A stretch of 64,000 nucleotides of DNA from Candidatus Helarchaeota archaeon. Its GTDB lineage: Archaea > Asgardarchaeota > Lokiarchaeia > Helarchaeales > RDOG01. Below are positions 20,144-30,597 of the stretch, one piece after another; positions within the stretch are counted from its first letter, which is position 1, and each line of letters opens with the position of its first letter. Made by a program: the position numbers and the translations under genes. The notes under the pieces were generated by a model. The model saw nothing but the letters and a program-made list of their open reading frames with translations, had not been told where the DNA came from and did no database searches. Location: NCBI GenBank assembly GCA_019058315.1, contig JAHPZH010000001.1, positions 32,001-96,000 on the forward strand. Direction: 5' to 3'.

Positions 20144-20592
20144 GTAAGAAAGAAATAGATAAGGATTGGGAACCTAATATTGTTGCTTTTTTATGTAATT
20201 GGTGCTCCTACGCTGGTGCAGACCTAGCAGGAACAAGTAGGGTTAAGTATCCAGCAAATATCAAAATAATCCGAGTAATGTGTTCAAGCCGAATAAATCC
20301 AATGTTCGTTATCAATGCACTCCAACAGGGAGCTGACGGAGTATTAATCTCTGGTTGCCATATTGGAGATTGTCATTATATTTACGGAAATTATTATACA
20401 AGAAGAAGATTTGCTATTTTAAAAGAATTATTAGAATATGTGGGGATAGATCCCAGACGATTTCGCCTATCTTGGGTCTCTGCATCAGAAGGAGTAAGAT
20501 GGGGAGAAGTTGTTTCTGAGGTTGTGAATGAAATTAAAAAAATTGGCCCAATTAAAAAGTTCCAGAGAAAATTGGAGGCAGTACAAAAATGA
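20140..20592 (+). CDS. mvhD: MvhD/FlxD-type 2Fe-2S subunit
   Basis: FLCNWCSYAGADLAG, GCHIGDCHY, WVSASEG. Confidence 0.93.
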   Translation: MSKKEIDKDWEPNIVAFLCNWCSYAGADLAGTSRVKYPANIKIIRVMCSSRINPMFVINALQQGADGVLISGCHIGDCHYIYGNYYTRRRFAILKELLEYVGIDPRRFRLSWVSASEGVRWGEVVSEVVNEIKKIGPIKKFQRKLEAVQK

Positions 20593-21575
20593 ACATTGAC
20601 GAAATGAAAAATTTAATGAAAGATTTATTAAAACGGGACGACGTTAAATATGCTATTGGATATGAAAAAGGAACTTATGGAGCGAGAGTGAGACCCCTTT
20701 TTGCCATTAATCCTGATGATGTTGATAATTTTATTTTAAATCCCTTATGTGTTCCAAACTTAGCAACTTACCTTACAAAGGAAGAAAAATTACCTTTACC
20801 ACGTGGTCAGACAGCAGAAAAAAAGAAGATCCTTATCGTAGCAAAGGGTTGTGATACAAGATCTATTATTAATCTTATTGAAGAGAAGGGTATTGCTAGA
20901 GAGGATGTTATAATATTTGGTGTAGCATGCACAGGTGTTATAGATCTAAAGAAATTAAAAAAATATTTGAAAGGAATTCCAAAAGTCGATGATGTAATTG
21001 AAGAGGGCGAAAAATATATAGTTAAAGCAGGAGATAAATCCTTAGAAATTCCTAAGGATGAAATCATTGCTACAAAATGTTTAACTTGTGAATATCCGAA
21101 TCCTCTTATTTATGACCATCTTGTTGGTGAAATGGTAGAGGATGTTAAAGAGGAAGATTATAAATCGATTGAAGAACTGGAAAATATGTCACAAGAAGAA
21201 CGCTGGGCTTTTTGGGAAGATCAATTTAGTGAATGTATTAGATGCTATGCTTGTCGTAATATTTGTCCTATGTGCTATTGCAAAACATGCAAGGTAGATG
21301 ATCTCAGCCCACAATGGATTAGAAGATCTGTAAATACTTCTGAAAATACAGCTTACCATCTTATGCGTGCATTCCACCTAGCAGGTCGTTGCATTGGTTG
21401 TGGCGAATGTGAGAGAGCTTGTCCAAAAGGAATTCCATTGACAAAATTATACAAAAAATTGAACAAAGAAGTTAAACGAATATTTAATTATGTTGCCGGA
21501 ACAGACGAAAAAGAAATACCAGTTCTGTCATTTTTCAAACCAGAAGATAGTGCAATTGATGAGGATATTCTGTAG
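20589..21575 (+). CDS. 4Fe-4S protein, FlxC/FdhB-like, of Hdr-associated operon
   Basis: VAKGCD, CIRCYACRNICPMCYC, RAFHLAGRCIGCGECERACP. Confidence 0.85.
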   Translation: MNIDEMKNLMKDLLKRDDVKYAIGYEKGTYGARVRPLFAINPDDVDNFILNPLCVPNLATYLTKEEKLPLPRGQTAEKKKILIVAKGCDTRSIINLIEEKGIAREDVIIFGVACTGVIDLKKLKKYLKGIPKVDDVIEEGEKYIVKAGDKSLEIPKDEIIATKCLTCEYPNPLIYDHLVGEMVEDVKEEDYKSIEELENMSQEERWAFWEDQFSECIRCYACRNICPMCYCKTCKVDDLSPQWIRRSVNTSENTAYHLMRAFHLAGRCIGCGECERACPKGIPLTKLYKKLNKEVKRIFNYVAGTDEKEIPVLSFFKPEDSAIDEDIL

Positions 21576-21587
21576 AGGTGTGATAAC

Positions 21588-22619
21588 TTGGAAAATAAAA
21601 TACTCAAAAAGGATAATTTAACCAAATTTTCTGAAGCAATAATGAAAAATCACGTACTATATGCCCCAATTATCAAAAATGAAATACCTCAATTCAAAAT
21701 TATTACAGATCCAAAGAATATATCCTTGGATTTTCAAAATACAATTATGTCCGCCAAAGAAGTTCTATTTAAACAAACAGAAACCATGTATTGCTATACT
21801 TTGAGTGGCGGTGTGGAATTATCTCCCGCAAAGCCATCTGAAAAATCAGTTATACTAGGCATTCGACCATGTGATGCTAAAAGTTTGTCTGTTCTTGATG
21901 AAATTTTTACGAAGGACATTATTGATCCTTATTATAAAGCGAGGAGAGAAAATACGACTCTTATTGGATTAGCGTGTAACGAACCTGGATTAAATTGTTT
22001 CTGCACCTCTGTTAAGGGATCACCCACAGGGACTGAAAATGTTGATATTCTTCTTACTGATTTAGGAGATAAATATTTAGTAGAAGTTTTAACAGAAAAA
22101 GGGCAAAAAATAGCGGATGATACTAAAGGATTACTTCAAAACGCATCATCTACAGATAAAAGTGCAAAAGAAAAACTTCAAAAAGAAGTCTTGGAGAAAT
22201 TTACGCGAAGTGTTGACGTAGATGGTATAGCAGAAAAGATAAAAGAACTTTTCGAAAATGAAATCTGGGAAGATCTTGCAAGAATATGTCTAGGATGCTC
22301 CATTTGCACTTATATGTGTCCTACATGTACGTGTTTTGATGTGCAAGATGAATGTGAAGGAAATGTTGGATGTAGAATTCGAGTTTGGGATAACTGTCAA
22401 AATCCTGAATATTCTTTACATGGATCAGGTCATAATCCTAGACCTGCACGAACAAATCGTGTAAGACATAAAATAGGGCATAAATTTTCATATCTTCCTA
22501 TAACTGCAGATATTTTTGGCTGTGTTGGTTGTGGGCGATGCATCGAAAATTGCCCCGAAAATTGGGATATTATCGATGCAATCGAAAAAATAAAAAAAGT
22601 CAAAGTTAAAGCTGATTAA
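21588..22619 (+). CDS. 4Fe-4S protein, FlxB/AsrA-like
   Basis: GIRPCD, CFCTS, CLGCSICTYMCPTCTCF, RVWDNC, GCVGCGRCIENCP. Confidence 0.87.
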   Translation: MENKILKKDNLTKFSEAIMKNHVLYAPIIKNEIPQFKIITDPKNISLDFQNTIMSAKEVLFKQTETMYCYTLSGGVELSPAKPSEKSVILGIRPCDAKSLSVLDEIFTKDIIDPYYKARRENTTLIGLACNEPGLNCFCTSVKGSPTGTENVDILLTDLGDKYLVEVLTEKGQKIADDTKGLLQNASSTDKSAKEKLQKEVLEKFTRSVDVDGIAEKIKELFENEIWEDLARICLGCSICTYMCPTCTCFDVQDECEGNVGCRIRVWDNCQNPEYSLHGSGHNPRPARTNRVRHKIGHKFSYLPITADIFGCVGCGRCIENCPENWDIIDAIEKIKKVKVKAD

Positions 22620-22855
22620 TAATAGAATTTATATCCAACATCTTTTTTTATAAATTAAACACTCATAATAAAAATATGATTAATTTTATTTCTATTTTAA
22701 AAATTCCATTTTCGCCCTTTTAACATAAAATTAAGAGATGGTGTTTCAAAACGTCGTATGGTGGAGATTTACTTAATTTCTTTAATCAATTTATAAATGG
22801 TGAAATACCACTGACTTTTAATTCAAAGAAATTATCGAAGTGGTTTAGAGAAGGA

Positions 22856-23797
22856 ATGAGTTCCATCTATTATTTGATGTTTGGTATAACTTATGAATGT
22901 CAGCTTAACTGCCCTCATTGTTGTGTTGGAAATTATGCAAAAGAAAAACACAGAGAACTTTCAACAAAAGAGATTAAGGATGTCTTGGATCAAGCTTCTA
23001 CAACTTTTATAGTTAATTTCTTTGGTGGAGAACCAACACTGAGACCAGATATAATGGAATTAATAAGTTATGCTTCGAAAAAATCAATATTTGTGTTCTT
23101 AGACACTAATGGGATACGAGTTACAAAAGATTTCGCACGAGAATTGAAAGCTAATGGATTAGAAATGCTTTACGTAAGCATTGATAGCCCTATTCCCGAA
23201 AAACATGATAATCTACGCGGTATGGAAGGATTATTCGAAACTGCTGTTGGAGCTATAAAGAATGCTCTTGATATAGGATTAAAATGTTCTTTATCAACTT
23301 ATATAACAAGGGAAAATCTAAGCAATGGTGAGTTTGAACAAGTGATACAATTGGCAAGAAAACTTGGTGCAACAGGAGTAAGGTATTTATTACCCACACC
23401 TGCTGGTAGATGGTTATATAACGTAGATGTAAGGTTGACACCCAAAGAAGAGAAGAAAGTCTGGGAAATTGTGGAATATCCTTTCGTTTGTAGAGATTTC
23501 TATTTTCAAAATCAAAGTTCAAGCCAATGTAGAGGATTGTCTGAAAAAGCATACCTTTATATTTCTCCCTATGGTGATGTCCAGCCTTGCTGTTTTATAC
23601 CTCTTACATTCGGGAATATAAGAGAAGAACCCCTAAATAAGATCGTTAATAGAATGTGGAGCCACCCGATGTTTAGACATCCTTGTATATATAAAGAATG
23701 TCCAATGCTTAATGATGATTTCAGAAAGAAATATATAGATAAAATTCCCAGAGGCACAAAATTACCATTTAAATTGCATGAAAAAAATAGTTCTTAA
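22856..23797 (+). CDS. Radical SAM protein with SPASM/twitch domain
   Basis: CQLNCPHC, GGEP, DTNG, SIDS, C-terminal C...YISPYGDVQPC...GNIRE. Confidence 0.9.
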   Translation: MSSIYYLMFGITYECQLNCPHCCVGNYAKEKHRELSTKEIKDVLDQASTTFIVNFFGGEPTLRPDIMELISYASKKSIFVFLDTNGIRVTKDFARELKANGLEMLYVSIDSPIPEKHDNLRGMEGLFETAVGAIKNALDIGLKCSLSTYITRENLSNGEFEQVIQLARKLGATGVRYLLPTPAGRWLYNVDVRLTPKEEKKVWEIVEYPFVCRDFYFQNQSSSQCRGLSEKAYLYISPYGDVQPCCFIPLTFGNIREEPLNKIVNRMWSHPMFRHPCIYKECPMLNDDFRKKYIDKIPRGTKLPFKLHEKNSS

Positions 23798-23811
23798 TGG
23801 TGTAAGTTAAT

Positions 23812-25197
23812 TTGGTTATAAAAGTAGGATTTATGCAATTAAGTAGCTGCTGGGGTTGTCATCAATCCTTACTTAACTTACACGAAGAACTTCTTGAAAT
23901 TCTTCCATTAATAGAAATAGTGTATTGGCCAGCTGTTATTGATGTAAAAGAAAAAGATCTTGAAGCTATGCCCAATGATTCCATTGATGTTGGATTTATT
24001 GAAGGGATGATTAGAACAGAACAAGATTTAAATAATGTTAAACTTATTAGAAAAAAATCTAAAATAATTGTAGCTTGGGGAGCTTGTGCTGTCCTTGGTG
24101 GAATTCCAGGACTAGCAAATTTATATGATAAAGATGAATTACTTTCGAGAAAATTTAAAGAATGTGAATCCATTGAAATAACTAAAGGTGTTCCATTAGA
24201 AAATGTGCCTAACATTGAAGAATGTGTTGAATTAGTTAAATCAATTGTAACTGTTGATGCATTTATTCCTGGGTGTCCTCCAAGCCCTGAACAAATTAAA
24301 AGTGCTATTATTTATTTAATTGTCTTATTATCAGATAAGAAATATCCTGGTACTAATGTCTGTAAAGTCTGTGAAATGAGGGGTGATTCCTGCATTTTAA
24401 ATCAAGACATATTATGTTTTGGTCCAATTTCACAAGCAGTTCCTAATTTAAAATGGAAAAAAGATAAAGGAGCATGTTTAGGTGAATATGGATATACAGA
24501 TGTGCCATCAGAACCTGAGGTCCATAAATTAATGGATTTATTAATATCTAAAGTTCAAGACCCCTTGACAGAAAAACAAATCAGCCAATTTAATAAATTC
24601 ATAATTTTATTTTTACGTTTATCAAATTTAGGTTACTTATATTCCCCACACGACCCTATTATGCGAATATCTACAAAAAGAGAAGGTCTTCCTTCAAAAA
24701 AAATAAAAATAAAAAACAAAAATTTTACAATATTTGATTTAAATTTACCAAATTATCCTGAAATTACTAAAAATATTCTTGGTATGATTTTGTATAGATT
24801 AAACGAAGATCCTGGATTTAAGGTTATTTGGAAATCTGTCTGTGCTACATGTCCCCGAGATACCAAAGAAAAACATTTGACAAATATTAAGAGAGATTTT
24901 GAAGGTATTGCTAATCCAGATGATTGCCTTTTAGAACAAGGCTATTTATGTATGGGACCTGCCACACAAGCAGGCTGCGGGGCAATTTGTCCTAAAGCTG
25001 GAGTTCCTTGTTTAGGATGTTATGGTCCTACAGCAAACACTCAAGATATTGGTGCAAAATTCATAAGTGCAATAGGTTCGATTTCAACAGAATTACATCC
25101 AGAGGAAATCTTGAGAAAAATGATCGATCCAGCTGGTCTCGTATATAGATTTCAACTTCCTGCTAGTATTTTACACAAAAAAATAAAGGAGAAATAA
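23812..25197 (+). CDS. mvhG: MvhG-like [NiFe]-hydrogenase small subunit with duplicated Fe-S C-terminal domain
   Basis: LSSCWGC, EG.IR, GACA..GGIPGL, PGCPP. Degenerate VCKVC...CILNQDILCFGP, then complete VCATCP...CLLEQGYLCMGP...CGAICP...CLGCYGP. Confidence 0.85.
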   Translation: MVIKVGFMQLSSCWGCHQSLLNLHEELLEILPLIEIVYWPAVIDVKEKDLEAMPNDSIDVGFIEGMIRTEQDLNNVKLIRKKSKIIVAWGACAVLGGIPGLANLYDKDELLSRKFKECESIEITKGVPLENVPNIEECVELVKSIVTVDAFIPGCPPSPEQIKSAIIYLIVLLSDKKYPGTNVCKVCEMRGDSCILNQDILCFGPISQAVPNLKWKKDKGACLGEYGYTDVPSEPEVHKLMDLLISKVQDPLTEKQISQFNKFIILFLRLSNLGYLYSPHDPIMRISTKREGLPSKKIKIKNKNFTIFDLNLPNYPEITKNILGMILYRLNEDPGFKVIWKSVCATCPRDTKEKHLTNIKRDFEGIANPDDCLLEQGYLCMGPATQAGCGAICPKAGVPCLGCYGPTANTQDIGAKFISAIGSISTELHPEEILRKMIDPAGLVYRFQLPASILHKKIKEK

Positions 25198-25254
25198 ATT
25201 AAAAAAATTAATCTTATTTTCTTTTCATTATTTCCGTTGAGTATTAGGTTAAAT

Positions 25255-25530
25255 TCAATCAAGTGTTACTTTTTCTATTTTTCCATCTGTAATTTTATAC
25301 TTTTCTAGAGTTAATGCACCTCGATAGCATGCTGCCGCACAGTTTAAACATTCACCCTTCTTTAACACGTACTGCGCACATGCTACTCGATTAACTATTA
25401 GTTCTCCTACACCCCACTCAATAGCTTTGATAGGACATGCATGTACACATGCACGACATTTATGACAAGCCGAAATAAATTTAATTATAGGAGAATAAAA
25501 GATTCCTTCATTCTTTTTCAATATATTCAC
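25255..25530 (-). CDS. Ferredoxin-like 4Fe-4S protein
   Basis: CHKCRACVHACP and CLNCAAAC. Confidence 0.8.
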   Translation of the reverse strand: MNILKKNEGIFYSPIIKFISACHKCRACVHACPIKAIEWGVGELIVNRVACAQYVLKKGECLNCAAACYRGALTLEKYKITDGKIEKVTLD

Positions 25531-25546
25531 AACGATTAAAAATTCT

Positions 25547-25756
25547 TTATAATTTTGGAAGTAATTTTATCGCATTAAATTTACAGAATTTTTGGCATCT
25601 ACCACATCCAAGACACATTGTTTGATTTATCATCACTTTTTTCATGCTTGGAAGATAAAAAATTGCATTTCTCGGACAAATATTAATGCATTGTTGGCAT
25701 CCCATACATTTAGTAAAATCTACTATCCCATATAATTGGTAATTTAATTTTTGCAT
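25547..25756 (-). CDS. 2x[4Fe-4S] ferredoxin
   Basis: CMGCQQCINICP and CLGCGRCQKFC. Start uncertain (25756 or 25783). Confidence 0.82.
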   Translation of the reverse strand: MQKLNYQLYGIVDFTKCMGCQQCINICPRNAIFYLPSMKKVMINQTMCLGCGRCQKFCKFNAIKLLPKL

Positions 25757-25879
25757 TTGCAATTCCCACATTAGAAGAACCATCAGAAAAATCTGAAGAA
25801 ATAGGGTTCCTTTATATAAACGCTGTAAAATTAATTAAAAATCATTAAATTATTCAATTAATTGTGACTAATTTGCTAT

Positions 25880-26737
25880 TTATGTTTTTTTCAAGATTAT
25901 ATCTCCAATCTCTACCCCTAGATCGGTCGCAATAACTGGACATTTTGCCATTAATAGGAAAAAAATATTCTTTTGATTGCTTAAAGCTTCATAATTACCT
26001 TGACCTTTGCTAATAATTATATCAGATTTTCTAACTATTTCTAAAAATTCCTCACCCCAACGTTCTAGACCTGAACCCTCAATTCCAACGTTGACTTTAA
26101 TAAATTCAACATTTGGAAATTTATCAAGTCCTACATATTTAGCATCATCTTGGGTTGCATCATTAAGAATTGGAGCGCCTTTAACAGCAAATTGAATTTT
26201 ATCTATTTTATATTTATCTGAAATAGTTTCTAACAATAATTTATCAAAAACAATTTCTCCCGTATTGTCTAAAATATAAGAAATGCTTTTTGCTTGTTTT
26301 AAAGCTTGAACTAATTCGTTATAATTATTAATTTTTAATGTTTTTTCTAATACTTCTGTTATTGTACTATTTAAATCAAAGTTTGATTTAACACCAAAAT
26401 CTATCACATTACCCGCGATAGCTAATTTTACGGCGGTTAAAAGAGGTTTATCTGAATTTTCCACCATATCTTGTAAACTGGAATATAAATTTAAAGCAAT
26501 ATCATTGTATTTCTTTTTAACTTTTTTATAAGGATCCTTCTCTTTAGTTTCTTTTTTGACAATGGCGTGTACAACGCGAGCAAGTTCAGGTGGAGATTTT
26601 TGCCAATCTAATTTAGCTAGTTCTGCAATTACTTTTCTTAAAATTTTTTCATGTATGACTTCATCATTTGTAACGAATCTAGAGGCTTGAAGAGCTTGTC
26701 TTTGAAAACAAGGAATGCAATCCAGATGTGCTTTCAT
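25880..26737 (-). CDS. DUF89/ARMT1-like damage-control phosphatase
   Basis: DCIPC, DPYK..K, AIAGNVIDFG, DNTGEIVFD, PILNDAT, SKGQGNYE, AKC. Confidence 0.92.
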   Translation of the reverse strand: MKAHLDCIPCFQRQALQASRFVTNDEVIHEKILRKVIAELAKLDWQKSPPELARVVHAIVKKETKEKDPYKKVKKKYNDIALNLYSSLQDMVENSDKPLLTAVKLAIAGNVIDFGVKSNFDLNSTITEVLEKTLKINNYNELVQALKQAKSISYILDNTGEIVFDKLLLETISDKYKIDKIQFAVKGAPILNDATQDDAKYVGLDKFPNVEFIKVNVGIEGSGLERWGEEFLEIVRKSDIIISKGQGNYEALSNQKNIFFLLMAKCPVIATDLGVEIGDIILKKT

Positions 26738-26844
26738 CTTAATTTCACTCTTTTCATAGATTATTTATAGTAGAATCAAAAATTTTTTTGAATATGCTTA
26801 AACTATTAATATGTATTTTTATATTTTTTTTAGATGAATACGAA

Positions 26845-27813
26845 TTGAAAAATAAAAATCTCATAGCGTTTGGACCAGTTCCTTCAAGGCGTTTAGGTCA
26901 TAGTTTGGGGATAAACAATATTCCTCCAAAAATTTGTTCATATTCTTGTATTTATTGTCAACTAGGTAAAACTAAAAACATGAAATTTCAAAGAAGCACT
27001 TTTTATAAGGTTGAAGATATAATACAAGCTGTAAAAAATCAACTTGAAAAAACAAAAGGTAGGGGAGAATCCGTAGATTATTTGACTTTTGTTCCTGATG
27101 GAGAACCCACTCTAGATATCAATCTTGGTCATGAAATTGAACTATTAAAACCCTTAGGAATTAAAATTGCAGTCATTACCAATTCATCTCTTATATGGAA
27201 TCCGGATGTTAGAAATAACCTTCAAAAAGCTGATTTAGTATCTTTAAAGATTGATGCAGCTAGTAAAGAAATCTGGAAAAGAATGAATAGACCTCATAAA
27301 AATATCAAATTAAATGAAATATTAGATGGTCTAATAAGGTTTGCAAAGACTTTCAAGAACAAATTAATTACAGAAACTATGTTAATTCAAAATATAAATG
27401 ATAATATTAGTGAATTAAATAAAATTGCAAATCTTATTGAACAAATCAATCCCGATGAATGTTTTATTTCTATTCCTATTAGACCTCCAGCTGAAAAATG
27501 GGCCATCCCAGCAAATGAAGAATCAATTAATAATGCATTTCAAATTTTTAACAAAAAATGTAATAGAGTAGAATATCTCATAGGTTATGAAGGAAATGAG
27601 TTTGCATTCACAGGAAACATCGAAAATGATTTGTTAAGCATAACTTCAGTGCATCCAATGAGGGAAGAAGGTGTAAAAGAGTTACTAAAGAGAGCTAATA
27701 CAAACTGGTCTATAATTAATAGATTATTAGATGAAAAAAAACTCACAGAATTAAAATTCCAAGGCAAAAAATTTTATATGCGGAGATTATCAAGTATTTC
27801 GAGTTCGAATTAA
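26845..27813 (+). CDS. Radical SAM protein (FGPVPSRRLG family)
   Basis: FGPVPSRRLGHSLGINN, CSYSCIYC, DGEPTL. Likely TTG start at 26845 (track 26788). Confidence 0.9.
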   Translation: MKNKNLIAFGPVPSRRLGHSLGINNIPPKICSYSCIYCQLGKTKNMKFQRSTFYKVEDIIQAVKNQLEKTKGRGESVDYLTFVPDGEPTLDINLGHEIELLKPLGIKIAVITNSSLIWNPDVRNNLQKADLVSLKIDAASKEIWKRMNRPHKNIKLNEILDGLIRFAKTFKNKLITETMLIQNINDNISELNKIANLIEQINPDECFISIPIRPPAEKWAIPANEESINNAFQIFNKKCNRVEYLIGYEGNEFAFTGNIENDLLSITSVHPMREEGVKELLKRANTNWSIINRLLDEKKLTELKFQGKKFYMRRLSSISSSN

Positions 27814-27838
27814 TTCTTTTAAAATAGAGGCTGAAGAA

Positions 27839-29041
27839 ATGGTAAAAATTTCCAATTTTATAAAAGTAGCGCTTCTATTATTAATGTTTAGAACTATTCT
27901 ATTTGTAATTAAATTGATTTTTGGAATTTTAATTAATAGTTTACTATTAATAGCCGATTCAATCAATAGCGGAGCAGATATGGTAATTGCTCTTGGGATT
28001 TTAATTGGCTCAATACTATCAGAGCGAAAACCTTCTAAAAAATACCCTTATGGGATGTATAAAATTGAAAATCTAATAGAATTATTCATTTCTTTAGCAG
28101 TTTTTTATATTGGTTATACCATTTTGTCTGAAATTTTTCAGAATTTTGAAATTATTCAAACAACCAATATTGAATTAGGATTATTAATTTCAGCTATTTG
28201 TATAGGAATCTCTATTTCTCTTATGATTTTTCTAAGTAAAAAAGGAAAAAATATGAATTCTCCTATGTTTATAGCAGAAAGTGCGGATATAAGGATGGAT
28301 ATTTTAGCTACAACTCTAGTCTTTATAGGTATAAGTGGTCAATATTTCGGTTTCGACTTTTTAGAACTCTTTATGGGTATTTTTCTTGCGATTTTAGTAT
28401 TTATAACAGGATTACAGATTTTCATTCATTCGACTAAAGTTTTACTTGATGCCAGTGTGGATTATGATAAGTTAAATATTATTCGGAATATGATTGAAAA
28501 ACAACCTAATGTATTTGCTATTGAAAGATTATTTGTTCGAAGTGCAGGTAGATATTATTTTTTGGAACTTAATATAAAAACCCATTTGAAACTAGTTAAA
28601 AAAGCTCAAGAATTGAGAGATGAGATTGAAAAGGAAATTAAGGAAGAATTTCCAGAAATTTCTAGGATTATTATTGATATTGATCTAGAAAAAAAAGAAT
28701 TTACTCGATATGCAATTCCTTTACTAGATAATGAGGGACTAAATTCGATAATATCAGACCATTTTGGTTCCGCTAAATACTTCCTCAATTTTGATTTAAA
28801 AGATAATAAAATTATTAACTTAAATTTTATGCAGAATCCCTATTTGACCGAAGAAAAACGAAAAGGAATATTAGTAGGGAATTGGCTTGCCGCAAAATCG
28901 ACTGACATAATACTTGTGAAAGAACCCTTAAAAGGCGGAGCAAAACTGGCTTTAGAAAAGCATTTAATAGAGATTAAAATAATAGAAAATCCCTCTATAA
29001 AAGAATATTTTGAAAAGTTAGGTCTAAATTTCGAATTCTAA
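27839..29041 (+). CDS. Cation diffusion facilitator transporter with C-terminal NifB/NifX-like domain
   Basis: Six TM helices, YPYG..KIE, dimerisation domain, C-terminal AIPL....GL.S.ISDHFG.A.YF. Confidence 0.9.
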   Translation: MVKISNFIKVALLLLMFRTILFVIKLIFGILINSLLLIADSINSGADMVIALGILIGSILSERKPSKKYPYGMYKIENLIELFISLAVFYIGYTILSEIFQNFEIIQTTNIELGLLISAICIGISISLMIFLSKKGKNMNSPMFIAESADIRMDILATTLVFIGISGQYFGFDFLELFMGIFLAILVFITGLQIFIHSTKVLLDASVDYDKLNIIRNMIEKQPNVFAIERLFVRSAGRYYFLELNIKTHLKLVKKAQELRDEIEKEIKEEFPEISRIIIDIDLEKKEFTRYAIPLLDNEGLNSIISDHFGSAKYFLNFDLKDNKIINLNFMQNPYLTEEKRKGILVGNWLAAKSTDIILVKEPLKGGAKLALEKHLIEIKIIENPSIKEYFEKLGLNFEF

Positions 29042-29085
29042 TTAGTTTATTTGATTATAAAATAGTAAATATCGATAATTGATCA

Positions 29086-29100
29086 GTTTCAATTTGAAAC
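29086..29100. promoter_or_regulatory. Palindromic operator GTTTCAA-T-TTGAAAC
   Basis: Perfect palindrome ~115 bp upstream of the NifX-family/ATPase operon; identical copy at 35444. Confidence 0.65.
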
Positions 29101-29216
29101 ATAAATTTAAAAAAAAAGTTCTATTTTTATTCATTAGAAAGAAATTTTTCAAGATTTGAATCTTATAGAATTTTATGATGAAAATTAAAAAAAAATTATT
29201 GGAGGTCTAATGACTT

Positions 29217-29681
29217 ATGAGTGAAACAAAAAAGATTGTAGTAACATCACAACCCCCTGGAGGATTAGATTCACTAGTAGACCCTCGTTTTGGAAGATGT
29301 AATTCTTTTACATTAGTATCTGTAACAGGAAACGATATTAAAGAAGAAAAAATTATACCCAATGGTGCAATGAATGCAATGGGTGGAGCAGGAATACAAG
29401 CAGCCCAAACTGTGGCTAACTTAGGTGCCAATGCTATAATAACAGGGAATCTTGGACCAAATGCGTTTAATGCACTTCAGCAAACAGGTCTTCAAATTGC
29501 AATTTCAACTCCGATTAAAGTTAGAGATGCTGTGCAGAATTATATAGATGGAAAGTTACAAATCGTATCAAGTTCAACTGTAGGACTTCATGCCGGAATG
29601 GGGATGGGAATGGGTGGAGGAATGGGAGGCGGAAGAGGTCGCGGTATGGGTGGAGGAAGAGGACAAGGAAGAAGGTTTTGA
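29217..29681 (+). CDS. NifB/NifX family (dinitrogenase FeMo-cofactor-binding domain) protein with Gly-rich tail
   Basis: LDSLVDPRFGRC, GAGIQAAQ, ITGNLGPNAF, GMGMG...GRGRG tail. Confidence 0.9.
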   Translation: MSETKKIVVTSQPPGGLDSLVDPRFGRCNSFTLVSVTGNDIKEEKIIPNGAMNAMGGAGIQAAQTVANLGANAIITGNLGPNAFNALQQTGLQIAISTPIKVRDAVQNYIDGKLQIVSSSTVGLHAGMGMGMGGGMGGGRGRGMGGGRGQGRRF

Positions 29682-29691
29682 GGAAAATTAG

Positions 29692-30597
29692 TTGGAATCA
29701 TGGAAAAAATTAAAGATACCTGTTATCGGTATAACTGGAGGTAAAGGTGGAACTGGAAAAACCACAGTAGCCATTAACTTGGCATATCTTTTTTCCCGTG
29801 ATAATAAGGTTTTACTTCTAGATCTTGATGTTGATGCCCCAAACGTTGCAATTTTATTAGGTGCAAAATTAAAAGAAGTAAAAAAAGTAAAAGATTTTAT
29901 ACCACTTTTTAATGAAAATTGTACTTTTTGTGGAGAGTGCCAAAAAGTATGTCGTGCACATGCTTTATTTCAATTTGGAGAAAATCTACCCACTTTAGTC
30001 CCTGAATTATGTAATTGTTGTGAAGCCTGTAAAATTATCTGTCCGAATAATGCCATCGATAATGGGATAAAGACTTTTGGTTATATACATGAAGGATCTA
30101 TTTATAATAATATTGACCTATTAGTAGGAGAGCTGAAGATAAAGGAACCGCGATCTGCAAAAGTAGTCGAAGAAGTCAAAGATTATGCAATTGAGCAAAT
30201 CAATAATAATGGTTATGATATAGTTATAGCAGATACCGCACCTGGTGCTCATTGTGATATTGTAATAGCACTCGATGGTGTAAAATCTATTTTAAGTGTG
30301 ACAGAACCCACTATATTTGGTCGCCATGACTTAGAACGTATTCTTCAATTGATTGAAATTGTAAATAAAGAAGCAAATTCTAAAATAGTTTTAAACCGTG
30401 CAGATATGACTAAGGAGAAAAAAATCATCTATGAGCTAGCAAAAAAATATAATAGTGAAGTAATTGAAGAAATTCCAATGGATAATGCCGTATTGAAAAG
30501 TTATAGCGAAGGAGTGCCTGTATGTAAAAAATTTCCAAAATCGGCTGCGGCAAAAGCATTTAATAAATTATATAATAAAATGAGGGGTTCAATTTGA
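29692..30597 (+). CDS. MinD/CobQ-like P-loop ATPase with 4Fe-4S ferredoxin insert
   Basis: GGKGGTGKTT, DLDVDAPN, CTFCGECQKVC, DTAPGAHC, VTEPT. Confidence 0.9.
   Translation: MESWKKLKIPVIGITGGKGGTGKTTVAINLAYLFSRDNKVLLLDLDVDAPNVAILLGAKLKEVKKVKDFIPLFNENCTFCGECQKVCRAHALFQFGENLPTLVPELCNCCEACKIICPNNAIDNGIKTFGYIHEGSIYNNIDLLVGELKIKEPRSAKVVEEVKDYAIEQINNNGYDIVIADTAPGAHCDIVIALDGVKSILSVTEPTIFGRHDLERILQLIEIVNKEANSKIVLNRADMTKEKKIIYELAKKYNSEVIEEIPMDNAVLKSYSEGVPVCKKFPKSAAAKAFNKLYNKMRGSI

Noticed and set aside
22724-22790. Fluoride-riboswitch-like start (GAGATGGTGTTTC)
   Set aside because: Lacks the closing stem and the 3' UGAUG..CUAC elements.
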